The translations under genes were made by a program, and so were the position numbers. Shown here piece after piece: positions 41,401-54,714 of a DNA stretch of 64,000 bases (positions are counted from its first letter, which is position 1; each line of letters opens with the position of its first letter). The stretch lies in NCBI RefSeq assembly GCF_009914755.1, contig NC_060947.1; one strand, 5' to 3'. The notes below the pieces were generated by a model, which made no database searches, had not been told where the DNA came from, and saw nothing but the letters and a program-made list of their open reading frames with translations. Origin of the DNA: the human T2T-CHM13v2.0 reference genome, Homo sapiens.

Positions 41401-44400
41401 ATTTCAACTATGAATTCAGCATCATATCCTTCAATAGGCAGGACGCCACCTTTACCCATGCATTTCTTGTGGGTCTTCCCATGGTCTGGCTGTATTCTGT
41501 ACCCATGGACCGCCTGTGATTTTTTCCCCTTAAACTAGATTCTCCCTCCACCTATACACTTGCTGATGAGTTCTCCCATAGGCTAGCTTTATTATGTACT
41601 CACGTATCAGCTTCCAGATCTTAATTGGCTTGTATACATCTCTTCTCATGTGATGTTTGTTATTTTTCTAGGCATAATGATTTTTCACTCATGAAATACT
41701 TGTCAAGTCTTGCACTAGGCTGGCTGCACACTAACACATTCAGCTCAACTATAACTAATATGCCCACACCTATGCTGGCTGCATCCTGTACCCAGGGACG
41801 TCCTTCTTTGTTATTTTACAGCCTGGCTTCACAGTCACGCCATGCACCTCTTACTGGGTCCTCATCTAAGAATGGCACACTCTTCACCCATGTACTTCCT
41901 TCCAAGTCCTCCCCTGAGATAAATGTACTCTTCATGCATGCACTTTCTGCCTAGTTCTCCCACAGGCTGATTGCACTCTGCATCCATCTCTATCTACTAT
42001 GCCTCCTCCTAGGCTGGATTCATCCTGCACCCACAAAACAATGGCCAGGTATGCCTTTTGGTTGAATACTTTTTTGCTGCCATGCATACACTACTAATCT
42101 TATTATAGGCCTGGGGCTTTCCTCAGCCATGAACTTCCTACTAAGTCCTCCCCTACAGTGGCTGTACTCTCAAAAATACACCTTCTGCCAGGGCTTTCTC
42201 TATGTTGGTTGCATGCTATACCCCTCCACCTTCAGCTATATTCTCTCTTAGGGTAAAAGAACTATCCAACCATGTACAACCTGCAGAGTCCTTTCATATG
42301 CTCTACTCTTCTTCCATTCATGTACCTTCTGCAGGATCATTCCCTAGGCTCACTGAAAATTCTACCCATACAACTCTTGCTGAGGCCTCCCATAAGCTGG
42401 ATATATCCTCCACACATTCATTTCCTTCCAGGTCCTCCCCTAGGTTGGCTGGAACCACCACAGCTGATTTGACTGCTGGGTTCTCTATCAAACTTTCCTT
42501 CAACTAGGCAGCACATGCGGAGTCTTGCTCTAGTCTGCATGACCCCTCTATTCATGTGCCTTCTGCAGATTCCTCCTCTAAAGCTGCAAGCTCGCTCAAT
42601 CCCTGTGCCTCATACCATGAACTCCTGCAGCTCTTACCCAAGTGTATATCTACACTTCCTGAACACTATAAGTATATACCGGCTGCCTTGTCCTCCCCTA
42701 AGCTAAATGCTTCCTCCACGTTTGCACTGAATCCCTGGTGGACCTTCTTTTGTGGTAGCTGCTTCCTTCACCCATGCACCTCTGCCAAATCCTCTGCTAG
42801 GCTGAACACTCCCTCCACTCATTCACTTACTGCCAGATTCTTCCCTAGCCTGGCTGTTTTCTCCATCCATGAACTATCTGCCGAGTCCTCCTTTAGGCTA
42901 GTAGAATCCTGTACCTTATATATCAGCCACTATATCTGCCCAGAGATTAAATGCACACTTTACAAATGCATCTTCTGCTGGAGCCTCCCCTAGCTAGATT
43001 TTTTTCCATCCAATCGTTTGCTGCCAGATCCTCTTCCTGGTTGATGGCACCCTCCACCTACACACCTCATGCCATATTCTCCCCTAAGCAGTATGTACCT
43101 TTTACCCTTGCACTACCTCTTGAATCCTCCCCTATGCTTACTACATCCTCCCTGAAAGTACCCATGCTGTGTTCGCCCATTGGATAGATGCTCTCCCTAC
43201 CTGTGCATCTCTGACTAGGTCTTATCCTAGCCTGACTACTTCATCCACCCAGATACCTCCTACTGAGTCCTTCCCTAGGCTAGATGCACCCTCCGCTCAT
43301 GCACGTCCTATGGGGTCCTCCAGGCTGGTAGATCCCTGCTTCCATATGCTTAATACTACATCTGCCCCTAGGCTAAATGCACACCCAATTAGTGCACCCC
43401 CTACAAGCAACTCTCTTAACTCCCTGTGTCCTCCCCCAAGCCGGACGACTACCATGAACTACCCTAAGTTGGATACACTCTCCACATATGCTCATTCTAT
43501 GATATCCTCCCCTAGTGTGGCTCTACTTCAACTTTGCACCTCCTATTGAATCCTCCTGTAGACTGACTACTCCCTCCCATGAACTACCTGCCAGCTCGTA
43601 CAGTAGGCTGACTGTACCCTGAACCAATGCACCTCTTACTATGGTCACTCCTGGACTGGTTGCAACCTAGACCCATGCACCTTCTTCATTGGTCTCCCCT
43701 AGGCTGGATGTATCTTCTACCACTGTACTACTTGATAAATCCTCCCCTACAATATATTCTTCTTCTTTCCATGAACTTCCTTCCAGATTGTCTCCTAGGG
43801 ATGTTGCTCCCTGCACCTCATGCTTCATCTCCCCATAGCCAGCTGCAATCTCCAAACACACATTTCCTGTACTTCTTCCCCTAGACAGAATTCTACCCCC
43901 ACCTGTGAATGTATTACTGGTCTTCCCCTAGGCTGGTTGTACCCTCCAACTTTTCACCTCCTGCTCGGACTTTCCCTTGCTTTGTTGCCCATTTAAACCA
44001 AGAACTTCCAGCAACATCAGCAGTGAATGTCTTAATATGTCCTAACATAGTCTGGCTTCAGTCTGACGCCCCACTGACTAAGACTTCATTTGGCTGAATG
44101 ATTCTTCCTCCAATGTACCTTCAGTTGATCATCTTCTGGGTCTGATGTGTTCCCCACCTATGCACTCCCTGCAAGGACTTTCTCTAGGCTAGCTGCCCCT
44201 TCCACGTGTGTACTTCATGTTCAAGCCTCTCCTAGCCTAATGTCCCTTATTTCCATAAACATTCTGCCTGGGCCTGCCCTTGAATGGATGATCTGTCCAA
44301 CCATGCAGTTCTTATTGATACTCTTCTAGGATGGCTGAAAATTTCAAACATGCAGATACAGCAATGATCTCCTCTAGGCTGACTGAAATGTCCACTTATG

Positions 44401-45765
44401 CACTTACTGCTAGATCCCTATTTGGGCTGCCTGAACCTGTATCTATGGACACCCCTATCCACCCATAGGCTTGTTACATCCTCCAAACATGCACTGCCAT
44501 ATCTTCCAATAGGCCGGCTGTGGCCTCTACTCATGCATCTCCTAAGTATCCTCCCTTCACTGGTTGTATTCTGCACCATGCACCTCCTGCAAGATCCTCC
44601 CTTAGTTCTGACACTTACTGCATCCAGGCACTTCTTTCAAGAGCTCCCCATTGTCTTAATGCTCCCTCCTCTCATGCCCCTTTTGTTGAGTCTTTCCTTA
44701 GTCTGGCTTCACACTGCCCACATGCACCATCTGCTAGGTTTCACATAGGCTGACTGCTCTCTCCCGCTATGCACATTCTGGTGGACTTCTTCTAAGACTG
44801 ATGCCTTTTCTTCTCACACAAATCTTGCCAAGTCCGCTCCTAGGCTGGCCACACCCAAACTCCATGAAACTGTTGCCAGAATCAATGACTGCACACTGTA
44901 TTTACGAACTTTCTGCTGAGCCCTCCTTTAATCTGGATGTGCCTTCTGTGCCTGAACCCCCTACTAAGTTCTCTTCTAGACTAGTTACACTCTTCACCCA
45001 TATATAGCGCCTACTGTGAACAATCCTAGGCTGGATGCATCCTATACCCACGCACCACCAGCCAGGTGTACCCTGTGAAGGAATGTTCCTTTCTCTCATA
45101 CATTTCCTGCTGATCCTACTCTAAGTCTAAGGCTTTCTCCACACACAAACTACCTGCTTGTTCCTCTTCTAGGATCGCTGTAGTTTGAAGCTATGAACTT
45201 CCTACTTTGTTTACCACTGGACTGGCTAAAACCCTGATCAGTACACCTTCTTCAAGGGATTTTCTAGGCTGGCTGCACTCTGTAGCCGTGTACCCCTTGC
45301 TATTTTTTTCCACTAGAATAGATCCATCCTTCAACGATGTACCACCCGTCAATCACTCTCTTACACTAGATTCTCCCCGACCCAAGCACACCTTGCCTGA
45401 TTGTCTCCTAGACTTGTTGTACTCTCTACTTATGCCCCTTATGCCTTGTTGTCCCTTAAGCTGGCTGAAAACCCCATCCATTTATTTCCTGCTTCTTACT
45501 CCCATGTACCTCCTGCCAATTATTTTCTTATACTGGCTTTGCACTCCACCCTTGTATTGTCTGCAAGGTCACCCACTTAGTTGATGCTTCTTCCTCCCAC
45601 TCACCTTCTACCTGTTTCTCCTCCTTTGTTATATGCTCCCTTCTCCCATGGGTGACCAAACAAGCCCTCCCCTTGGCTGCATTTTTCCTCTTCCCATGCA
45701 CCTTCTGCAGGGTCCACCCTTAGCCTGGATTCTCCATCCACCCATGCATTTTTCTGCCATGTATA

Positions 45766-46157
45766 TGGCATAATCACACAGTGAAACAATATAAGTCCAG
45801 AAAAAGAGTGAAGTATTGATAGAAGCAATGAAAAGAATGAACCTTGAAGACATGCTAAGCGAAAGAAGCAGACATAAAAGGTAACATACTGCATAATTTG
45901 ATTTGCATGAAATGTCCAGAATAAGCGAACCTATAGAGACAAAAAGTGGTTTTCAGAGAATGGGAGGAAGGGAAATGGTGTAGTGACTGCTTGATGGACA
46001 CAGGGTTTTTTGGGTGGTGTTTAAAATGTCACAGAGCTACATAGTGGTGATGGTTGTACAACATTCTGAATGTCCTTAATTCCACTGAATTGTATGTTTT
46101 AAAATGGTGAATTTTATGATATGTGGATTATATTCTAATTTAAAAAACAAACAAAAC
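45766..46157 (+). mobile_element. Old L1M (L1MB-like) 3' end fragment at the junction of the two arrays
   Basis: GAATGAACCTTGAAGACATGCTAAGCGAAAGAAGCAGAC...TAGTGGTGATGGTTGTACAAC...AAAATGGTGAATTTTATG followed by an A-rich tail. Confidence 0.8.
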
Positions 46158-46159
46158 GG

Positions 46160-48606
46160 CAAAAATGTGCGATGATATCACTGAACAAAGAATGTGAAAA
46201 GGCAAATAAAATGAAACATGAAATCAGTTCAGTTTGTAAGTCAAAAGGGATTATGAACAGAAAAATAGGAGCACCATACACACCATCATTACTCTAGAGA
46301 AGATATGAATGCCACAATGAAGAACAGCCTCATATCATCAGTGCAGTGCTGTAAGTGAACAAAAGATATGAAAGAGGCAAAAAGAAGGCACCATAAACCA
46401 TCCCTGAAGTAGAAACCAACTAGAAATGTGAATTGCAAAGGGAAGGATCCTAAAACCATTAGCGTGTTAGAGCAACTGGACAGTGGGTGTGACACGGCAA
46501 AAAAGAGAAGCACCACACCATAAGTACAGAAGAGAAACTGGATAGAGAAAGTGAGTGGCCAAAGAGAAAAAGAAATAACTGTGCTGAGGCTGTGGAAAAA
46601 GCAAATAGACAGATCCTACGTCGTTAGTTCACTAATGTAACTATACAGGAGATGTGACAGGGACAATCAGGAAGAGATCTGAACCATCAGTGCAGTGGCA
46701 TAAATGGTCAGCGTGTGTGACCAGGACAAATAAGAATGCTGCACCATGAGTGCAATGGTGTAAGTCAATATTCACCAAAGAGAGAGCACTTGACATTATC
46801 AGTGCACTAGTGAACAGGGCAGGGAATGTGAACATGAACATGTGAAGCAGGAGTGCAGTGCAGTCATAGAACTAGACAGGATATGTGAACAGAGAAATAG
46901 GAAGAACTTCATATCATCAGTGAGTGGAGGAAGCAGGCGGAGGATGTTAGGAAAAAGATGATCCTCTGGCCAAGGGATGTAAACAAGAAAAGAGGAGGAG
47001 CCTCCTGGCACTAGTGCAGGGGAATGAATAGACAAAGTTCATCATTGGGGATAAAAGGGTGATGCCAACTTCATCAGAGAAATGATATAACTTGGAAGAG
47101 AAGGGAAACATTGTAAAGAGTAGGAGTCCCACACCATACAGTCAGTGGTTTGATTGTTCTGGGGAAGTGAAAATAGTAAGGAGAAAGAGTCCTGAACTAT
47201 CAATACAGTGGCATAACATGGCTGAGACTATAAATAGACAAAGGGTAGCTCTACGGTATCAGTGTAGTGGTGTAAGTGGATAAGCTATGTGAAAAGAACA
47301 GAGATGAGAAAAGCCATATCATGAGTACAAGGGTATATGTTGTCAGAGGTAACCCTGCAAAGAAGAACTCTTGACTATTAGTACATTGATGTATCTGGGC
47401 AAAAGATAAAAACTTGCAAAGAGCAGCAGCTCCATCCTACCAGTGTAGTGTGAAAAATCGATAGAATATGGAATTGGAGAAGAGCATTCCCACATAGTCT
47501 GTGCAGTTGTAAAACTGGACAGAGTATGTGAACAAGGCCAAACAAAAGAGTCCCACCACAATAGTGCAGTGGTATAAGTGGGCCAGGTATGTGAACAAGG
47601 CAAGGAAGAGAACTTAGCTTTATCCATGCAGTGGATTAATTGGGCAAGAGATGTGAAAGGACAAATAGGAGTAGCTCTGAACCATAGGTATAGTGGTTTA
47701 ACTGTGAAGGAGATTTAAACAAAGGAAAAATAAGGTGCCCCACACCAGCATTAATGGTTAGGTAAATGAGAATGTGACAGGAATAGAACCAAGAAGTGGA
47801 GCCTGACAACATTAGCACAGTTGTTTAACAGCACAGGGTATGTGAACAAGAAAAACAGGTGAATTGCCATACCATCATGATAGTCTTGTTTAAGCTGGCG
47901 ATGTGAATTAGGCAAAGATAAGTCATACTGAAACATCAATGAAGCAGTATAATTTGGTGTAGAGTATGAAGCAGCAAAGAAGGGGAACCTCCCAGTGTAA
48001 GTCCAGTCCTATAACTTGGCAGAGGATCTGAATAGGCTGATAAGTAGGAACCTGTGGTCAGTATAGTAAGAAAACTAGAATTAAAGAAGAATTAAACTGA
48101 ATAAATAGCAATAGCCATGCAACCTTAAGGTACAAAGATACTAGGGTAGAGGGGATGTTAGCTGGGTAAAGTGTAAGATCCCCACACTATCGGTTGTATT
48201 ATCGAATTGGGCAGGATTGTAAATGGTGCAAATAGGAAAAAGTTGGCACCATCAGAGTAGTGGAGTAACTGGACAGAAGATACAAATGAAACAAAGGTAC
48301 GGGCTGGGCACGGTGGCTCACGCCTGTAATTCCAGCACTTTGGGAGGCCAAGGTGGGCGGAACACGAGGTTAGGAGATCAAGACCATCCTGGCTAACACG
48401 GTGAAACCCCGTCTCTACTGAAAAAATACAAAAAAATCAGCCCAGCATGGTGGCGGGTGCCTTTAATCCCAGCTACTCGAGAGGCAGAGGCAGGAGAATG
48501 GCGTGAATCTGGGAGGCGGAGCTTGCAGCGAGCCCAGATAGCGCCACTGCACTCCAGCCTGGGGGACAGAGCGAGACTCTGTCTCAAAAAAAGAAAAAGA
48601 AAGAAA

Positions 48607-48637
<31 letters not shown>

Positions 48638-51600
48638 GAAGGAAGGAAGGAAGGAAGGAAGGAAGGAAGGAAGGAAGGAAGGAAGGAAGGAAAAGAAAGA
48701 AAGGTACAGTGGTATAACTGGGCAAGGAATGTGAGAAAAGGCAAAGAGGTAGGGGAAGCTTGGTATAACTGGGAGGTGAATATGAATAGGACAAAGAAGA
48801 AGAAGCCCAATGTTCACTGAAGTGGAAGAACTGGGTGGGCAATATGAAGAGGGCAAAAGTAGCCCTACACCCTAAGTACAGCAGAGTAACTGGACAGGAG
48901 ATGTGAGCAAGACAATGAGGGGGACTGGTTACCCACCAGTGCATTGGTTCATCCTGGTAACGGATATGAATAGATCTGTGACGAGGAGACCTGTCTCATG
49001 AGTGCAGTGGAATAACAAAAAAGAGATTATGTATGAATAAGGCAAAGAGGAGAAATCATGGGCTATCAGTGCATTGGAGTATCTTGGAAGATGTGATTAG
49101 GAGAAGAAATGGATCCTTGCAGAATAAGTGTGCTGTTTAAGTGGGAAGAGTATGAGTATGGGGCAAAGAAAGGAACTCCACCCAATGCATACAGTGCTGT
49201 AAGGGAGAAGGGATGTAAACAAGGCAAAGAAGAGGAGCCCTGCCTCAGGAGTAGAGTCTCAGAACTTCAGAAAGTATGCGACTGGGAAAGAGAAGCCCCA
49301 TCCCTTCAGTCCAGTGAAGTAACTGGGTAGGGTATGTGCCCAGACTGAAGAGGAAGACCTTGGAAATCATCAATGCAGTAATGGCCGAATATGAACAGAG
49401 CAATGAGAGTACAACAGCATAACTGAACGAGGGATGTAAAAAAGGCCATGAAGACAAGGCCTGCTTCATCATTGCTGTGGTGTACTTGGTCGGGGGATGT
49501 AAAAAGGCAAAGAAAGGGGCCTCAAACCATCAGTTCATTAGAGCATCTGGACAGAGGATGTGAATGTGGCAAATAGTAGAAACACTGCCCCAAAAGTGCA
49601 GGCGTTTATCTAGATAGGGCATGTGGATGAGACAAAGAAGAAAAACCTGACACCAAATGCAGTGATGTAACTGAACAGGTAATGTGAAAATGCAAAGAGG
49701 TGGTTCCCCAAACCCTTAGAGAACCAGAGCAGCTGGGCAAGAGGAGAGGTGGTCTGGCCAATTAGTAGGAGCCCCACACCATCACTACAGTGGAGCAACT
49801 AGCCAGAGAATGTAGACAGGCAAAGAGGAAAAACCCTATGTCATCAGAGCAGTACAGTAACTGTACAACAATAGTGATCAGAAATGCAGGATGATATCTA
49901 ATCCATCAGTGCAGTGATATAACTGGAAAGTGGGTAAGAACAAAGCCAAGAGGAGAAGCTCTGCCCCATTAATACAATGGCATAGTTTAAGCGGCTTTCT
50001 GAAATGGCAGAAATGAGAAGCCCCAAATCGTATGGGTGCAGGAAGAAACCTGCATTATCAGTTGCTGAATGGGAGATGTGCACAGGAAGTGGGGAGAACC
50101 CTTATAGTGGTGACTCTGGACAAGGGACGTGATCACAGTTAAGAACAGGGACTCAGCACCACCAGTGTGATGATATAAATGGAAATGGATATGAACCGTA
50201 CAAGAGGAATGAACACCTCCCCCTTGCATAAGTACAGGGTACAGTGCAGAGCATGCTAACAGGGCCAAGATAACAAGCTCTGGACCATTAATGCTGTGGT
50301 ATAACTAGACAGGGTATATGATTGAGGCAAATAGAATAAGGTCTGCAACCATCAGTTTATCAGTGTAGTGGTACAAGTGTACACACAATGTGAATTAGAC
50401 AAAGAGGAGGATGAAGCATCATCTCTCAGTAGAAGAGAGTGGGAATGGAGCCCAGGGCACAGAGACATGAACAGGACATAGAAGAAGAGCCTTGACCAAT
50501 AACTTCAGTGGTATAACTTGTACAAGAATGTTAACAGGGCACAGAGGAGTAACCCCACAACATCAGTGCAGAGGTGTAACTGGACCAGGTATGTGAACAG
50601 GTCAAAGAAGAGCATTCTCACAGTGTCAGTGTAATGGTGTCATTGAGAAGAGAATTCTAATAAGGTAAAGAGAAGTATCCCTGCCCTATCAATGTGCTGG
50701 TGTCACCATCATAACTAGGCAGCAGATGTTGTCTGTGCAAAGAATAGCAGCCCTGCATTAAAATTGTAATAGTGTAACTACATAGGGGATGTGAATAGGA
50801 CAAAGAGGATGAGGTTTCACTCATGAGTACAGTGATGTGCCTGGTCTGGAATGTGAACATGGCAAATAGAAAAAAGTCCCATGCCCTTGGTATCATGGTG
50901 TAACTAAACTAGAAATTTGAACAGGAAAAAGAGGGTGACCCCTGATGCACAGATGGAACTGGATGTGGAATGTGAGAAAGGCAAAAAGGAGGAGGCCTAT
51001 CACAGAAGTGCAGTGGTGAAACTCCACAGGGGATGTCAACAGAGAAAACAGGAGAATCTTGATACCATTAGTACTGAGGAATAACTGGACAAAACATGTG
51101 ATTGGGGCAAAGAGAAGATGCCCCAAACCATCAATTCAATGCTGTATCTTGGCAGCATTATATGGATGGGGAAAAGAGAAAGAACACTACACAGTCAGCA
51201 CAGTGATTACATTGCAAGGTGTGCAGAACAAGAAGTTACATGCCCAAGGCACCAGCACCGTGTTGTAGCTCAGTTGTACCCGGATCAGCAATGTGAACAG
51301 GGTCAAGGAAAGCAGTATCATTGCTATGGTGTGAGTGCACAGTGGATCTGAATGAGCAAGTGGGGGGATCATCACATCATTATTACTGTGGTGTGCACAG
51401 ATAGAGCATGTGAGAGGGGCAAAGAGGAAGGCCATCATCCCTTCAGTGCAGTCATGTAACTGTGTACAGATCTTAACAGGGTAAAGAGGAGAATCCTGAC
51501 ACTGTCAGGGGACTCATTAAATGGAAATGGAAATGTAAGCTGCAAAAATGGGCAGCGCCACATTGTCTACACAGTTGTGTAAGTGAACAGAGTGTGAAGG

Positions 51601-52010
51601 GAGTAAATATATTCTCCCATCATCAGTGCATGCTGTGCTAGGCCAGAGGATGAAAACAGAGCAGAGATGAGCATATCCATGCTATCATTGCAATAATGTA
51701 ACCAGGGCAAAGAGGATGAGACCTGACTCATGAATGCAATGATGTAACTGCACAGGGGAAGTAAAAGGCCTGAAAAGGTAGAACCTGCACAACCACTACA
51801 GTTGAGTAACTGCACTGAAGCCAAGGATGAGGCAAACAGGAGAAGTGCAGAGCATCAGTGCTATGGTGTAACCTGGGAAAGGATGTGACAACGTAAAGAG
51901 GAGTAGCCCTCAAACATCATTGCAGGGGTCCAGTTTGACAGGGGATATTTACAGGCAAATAAGAGGGCCACCAACATTAGTGCAGTGGAGCAACCAGGCA
52001 GGGACCTAAT
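46160..52010 (+). repeat. Diverged 63-bp tandem array (consensus ~AACTGGACAGGGGATGTGAACAGGGCAAAGAGGAGGAGCCCCACACCATCAGTGCAGTGGTGT)
   Basis: TGTGAA anchors at 47527, 47590 and 47652; AA(C/G/T)TGG anchors at 47513, 47576 and 47638. The motif series continues across ~5.8 kb. Confidence 0.9.
48301..48699 (+). mobile_element. AluY-type SINE with a (GAAA)n(GGAA)n expanded tail
   Basis: GGCTGGGCACGGTGGCTCACGCCTGTAAT start; TSD AAAGGTAC at 48293-48300 and 48700-48707. Confidence 0.93.
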
Positions 52011-52414
52011 GCACTGCTGTGCCTGACTCAGCATTCCTCTCTTTATACTATTTGGGGGCAGCCCAAAGTGACTTTGACACAAGGCAGGGCAATCGCTTCT
52101 TGAGTCAATAAGCATTGCAGTGCTGCTCTACAATGCCCCAGGAAAATTACAAGTGTGGCTTCAAGATGCCATGATTTATAGTCACAATGTCATAAAACAT
52201 TTCATCTGAGAGCCTGGTCTGCTTTCCAGGGTGTGAGGTGACCTGCTGGACACTACCAAGATAGTGGAAAACCAATTCGCCTGCCATCCTGCTCAGAGCC
52301 TGTCTTGTGTTTCTCTGCTAATATATATCACTGAAAACTGTGAAAGCAGAGGTCCTAAATCTTCAGACATTGTAATAGTCTAAGATATATACTCTTGTAT
52401 AAATATGCACAATG

Positions 52415-52529
52415 GTTACACTAAATGGATGACTAAAGTGGGAACCAAGTCAATGACCCAAATCCAGCCCATAGTTACACTAATGGATGACTAAAGTGGG
52501 AACCAAGTCAATGACCCAAATCCAGCCCA
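52415..52529 (+). repeat. 59-bp direct tandem duplication
   Basis: GTTACACTAA(A)TGGATGACTAAAGTGGGAACCAAGTCAATGACCCAAATCCAGCCCA at 52415 and 52474. Confidence 0.93.
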
Positions 52530-53748
52530 GACCATAGTGACTAAATGTCATCATGGACTGTCCAGCGGCCTTGACAAATTGAGTTTCAACAGAAAAAAGA
52601 ATGGGTCACAAAACAACCTTTGCCACAACTGGTACCTTATTGACAGTTTCTATTGCTATGGCCAGGAAATCAATGGGCTGTGAACACTGAATGATCCTCT
52701 TACCCTTGGAAATGATCCCTGCAGGCCAACCTGCAGGATGTTAGAGGAATGGCTTGCAGGAACACACACCAATCCTGGCTGCTTCTCCTTCTGCTCTGGG
52801 AGCAGAGGGGCTGCCCTGGATTCAAGATTGTGGACCTGACATTGGAAAGAATCACATTGTTTACCACAGAGCCATCTATTTATCCAGCTGTCTTTCTCAT
52901 TGCATCACTGTGCTATGCTAAATGTGCCTAAGTTAAAAAAAAATTGAAAAAAATACGCTACATCAATGTTCATGGGTGCAAAGTCTAAACTTTTTAACAT
53001 ATATATCTGGGATGAGGGCATGGTGCTTATGAAAAAAGGACAGGAAGTAAGTTTAGAGAACAGAGTGGGGTAACCTTGAGGCATATAGTAGGGGTTCAGC
53101 AAGGCCACCATACACAGTGTGGTTTGTTCACTGCAAAAAGTGCCCAGTCATGGAGGTGTGGGGTTGCTAAAATCCAGCCCATATCCCCCTCTCCAACATC
53201 AACACCCCCTGCTGTGTCTGCAGGGTGGGGCACTTCTGTCTGAGTTCTCTTCTCACAAGGGGGAAACATTTTTTATAGAGTTTTATAGAGTGGGGTGGGA
53301 GCTTTTCCAGTTAATTTTCCTAAAGACAGCACATTTTCATTCCGAGGAACTATATTTTTCTCATTCATTTCCACAGAGGATAACCTTTTATTTCTTAAAA
53401 ACACTTCCTGCTGAGAGCCTTTCCTTTTTACAATGAAGCCAGCCACCTACTCACCCAGCCTGACAACAGAGAATGCTTTCTTTAATTCACACAAAGATGC
53501 CATGTAAGTTGCTGGTGACCTGGAGTCTGTGGCACCAAGGGGAATTCCTGATGCAAGACAGCTCATTCACTCTGGCCTGTACCAGACTAGTTAATAAACT
53601 GAGGCTGTTCTGGGATACCTACATGCTCTACAGGTCCTCACCACTGCCCCTGTCACCCTCACCCTTTCTCCAGAACCTAGTAACTACAGAGTTAGTGCCT
53701 CACACAGCTGGTGCCCTGAATCCAGCTCTACCCATTGGTCAGTGTTTG

Positions 53749-54374
53749 TGATAGAGAAGCTAAAAAGCAATTATTTAGGCAGTTAGTAAGGGTAAAAGAG
53801 TTTTGGTGGAACTTCCTTTTAATAAAAAGCAGCCCCCAAATCATTTGTTTTCTAACAGAAAGCAGACTGAAAAATCAAGAACCCATAGTTAAATAAGCTG
53901 GACGCTTGCGTGGGTGAATGCCGGCAGCTGCACCAATAGAAAAGGGATACCTGGAAGTCAGGTATATTCAACATGGGGGTTCCCTCTTCCCTTTTCTTTG
54001 TTGCCACGTGTGCAGTAAAAAAGCAGGCAGCATGGTGCCAGCCAGGTAAAGACCCAATTTGCATATTAAAGATTAGGGTGTGATGGCCAGCCTCTTTACA
54101 TGCCATGTAAATGGTGCACCTGGTCCAACCAATCCTCTGCCACCTATGTAAATCAAACAACGCTTCCTCAAGCTCATCTATAAAACCAACCACATCTCAC
54201 CCCAAACCTGGAAACCCACTCGGGACCCCTTCCTCTGCAGGAGGAAGCTCTTTTCTTTCTTTCGCCTATTAAACTTCTGCTCTTAAACCCACTCCTTGTG
54301 TGTCTGCATCTTTGATTTCCTTGGTGTAAGACAATGAACCTTGGGTATTTCCCCAAACAAATGACACTGCTTCA
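53749..54374 (+). mobile_element. ERV1 (MER4-group-like) solo LTR
   Basis: TG...CA termini, 4-bp TSD TTTG on both sides, TATAAAA at ~54179 and ATTAAA at ~54268. Confidence 0.8.
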
Positions 54375-54656
54375 TTTGTACCATATTTGTTGTGAAATAC
54401 TTCTAATAACATCCGTGATGACAGACTCCAGAACCCTCCTCAATTTCCAAGCCCCATGAGCCCCATCCCCATCTCCTAGGATATTTTGTTCACTGGTTGC
54501 CATTGGTTTATTCCAGTCTTGGACTCCATGACTTTTTGAATGTCTACAACTACCCTCCCCCTCTCTCTGAGTTCCTAAGCCTCAGCCATCCCTGAGAGGT
54601 GGCCAAGGCAGTTGTCCAAAAGAGGGCCTGCCAGGCTGCTAAAGAAACACTGCTGA

Positions 54657-54714
54657 TAACTAACCTGCACATTGTGCACATGTACCCTAAAACTTAAAGT
54701 ATAATAAAAAAAAA
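54657..54714 (+). mobile_element. Extremely 5'-truncated young L1PA insertion
   Basis: TAACTAACCTGCACATTGTGCACATGTACCCTAAAACTTAAAGTATAAT plus polyA; TSD AAACACTGCTGA at 54645-54656 and 54715-54726. Confidence 0.92.

Noticed and set aside
48393-48944. 183-aa and overlapping ORFs
   Set aside because: They are read-through of an AluY and its (GGAA)n tail.
46160-52010. Decayed C2H2 zinc-finger array or snoRNA/miRNA cluster
   Set aside because: The period is 63 bp rather than 84 bp and there is no TGEKPY or CxxC...HxxxH pattern. No C/D boxes or hairpin units separated by spacers are visible.
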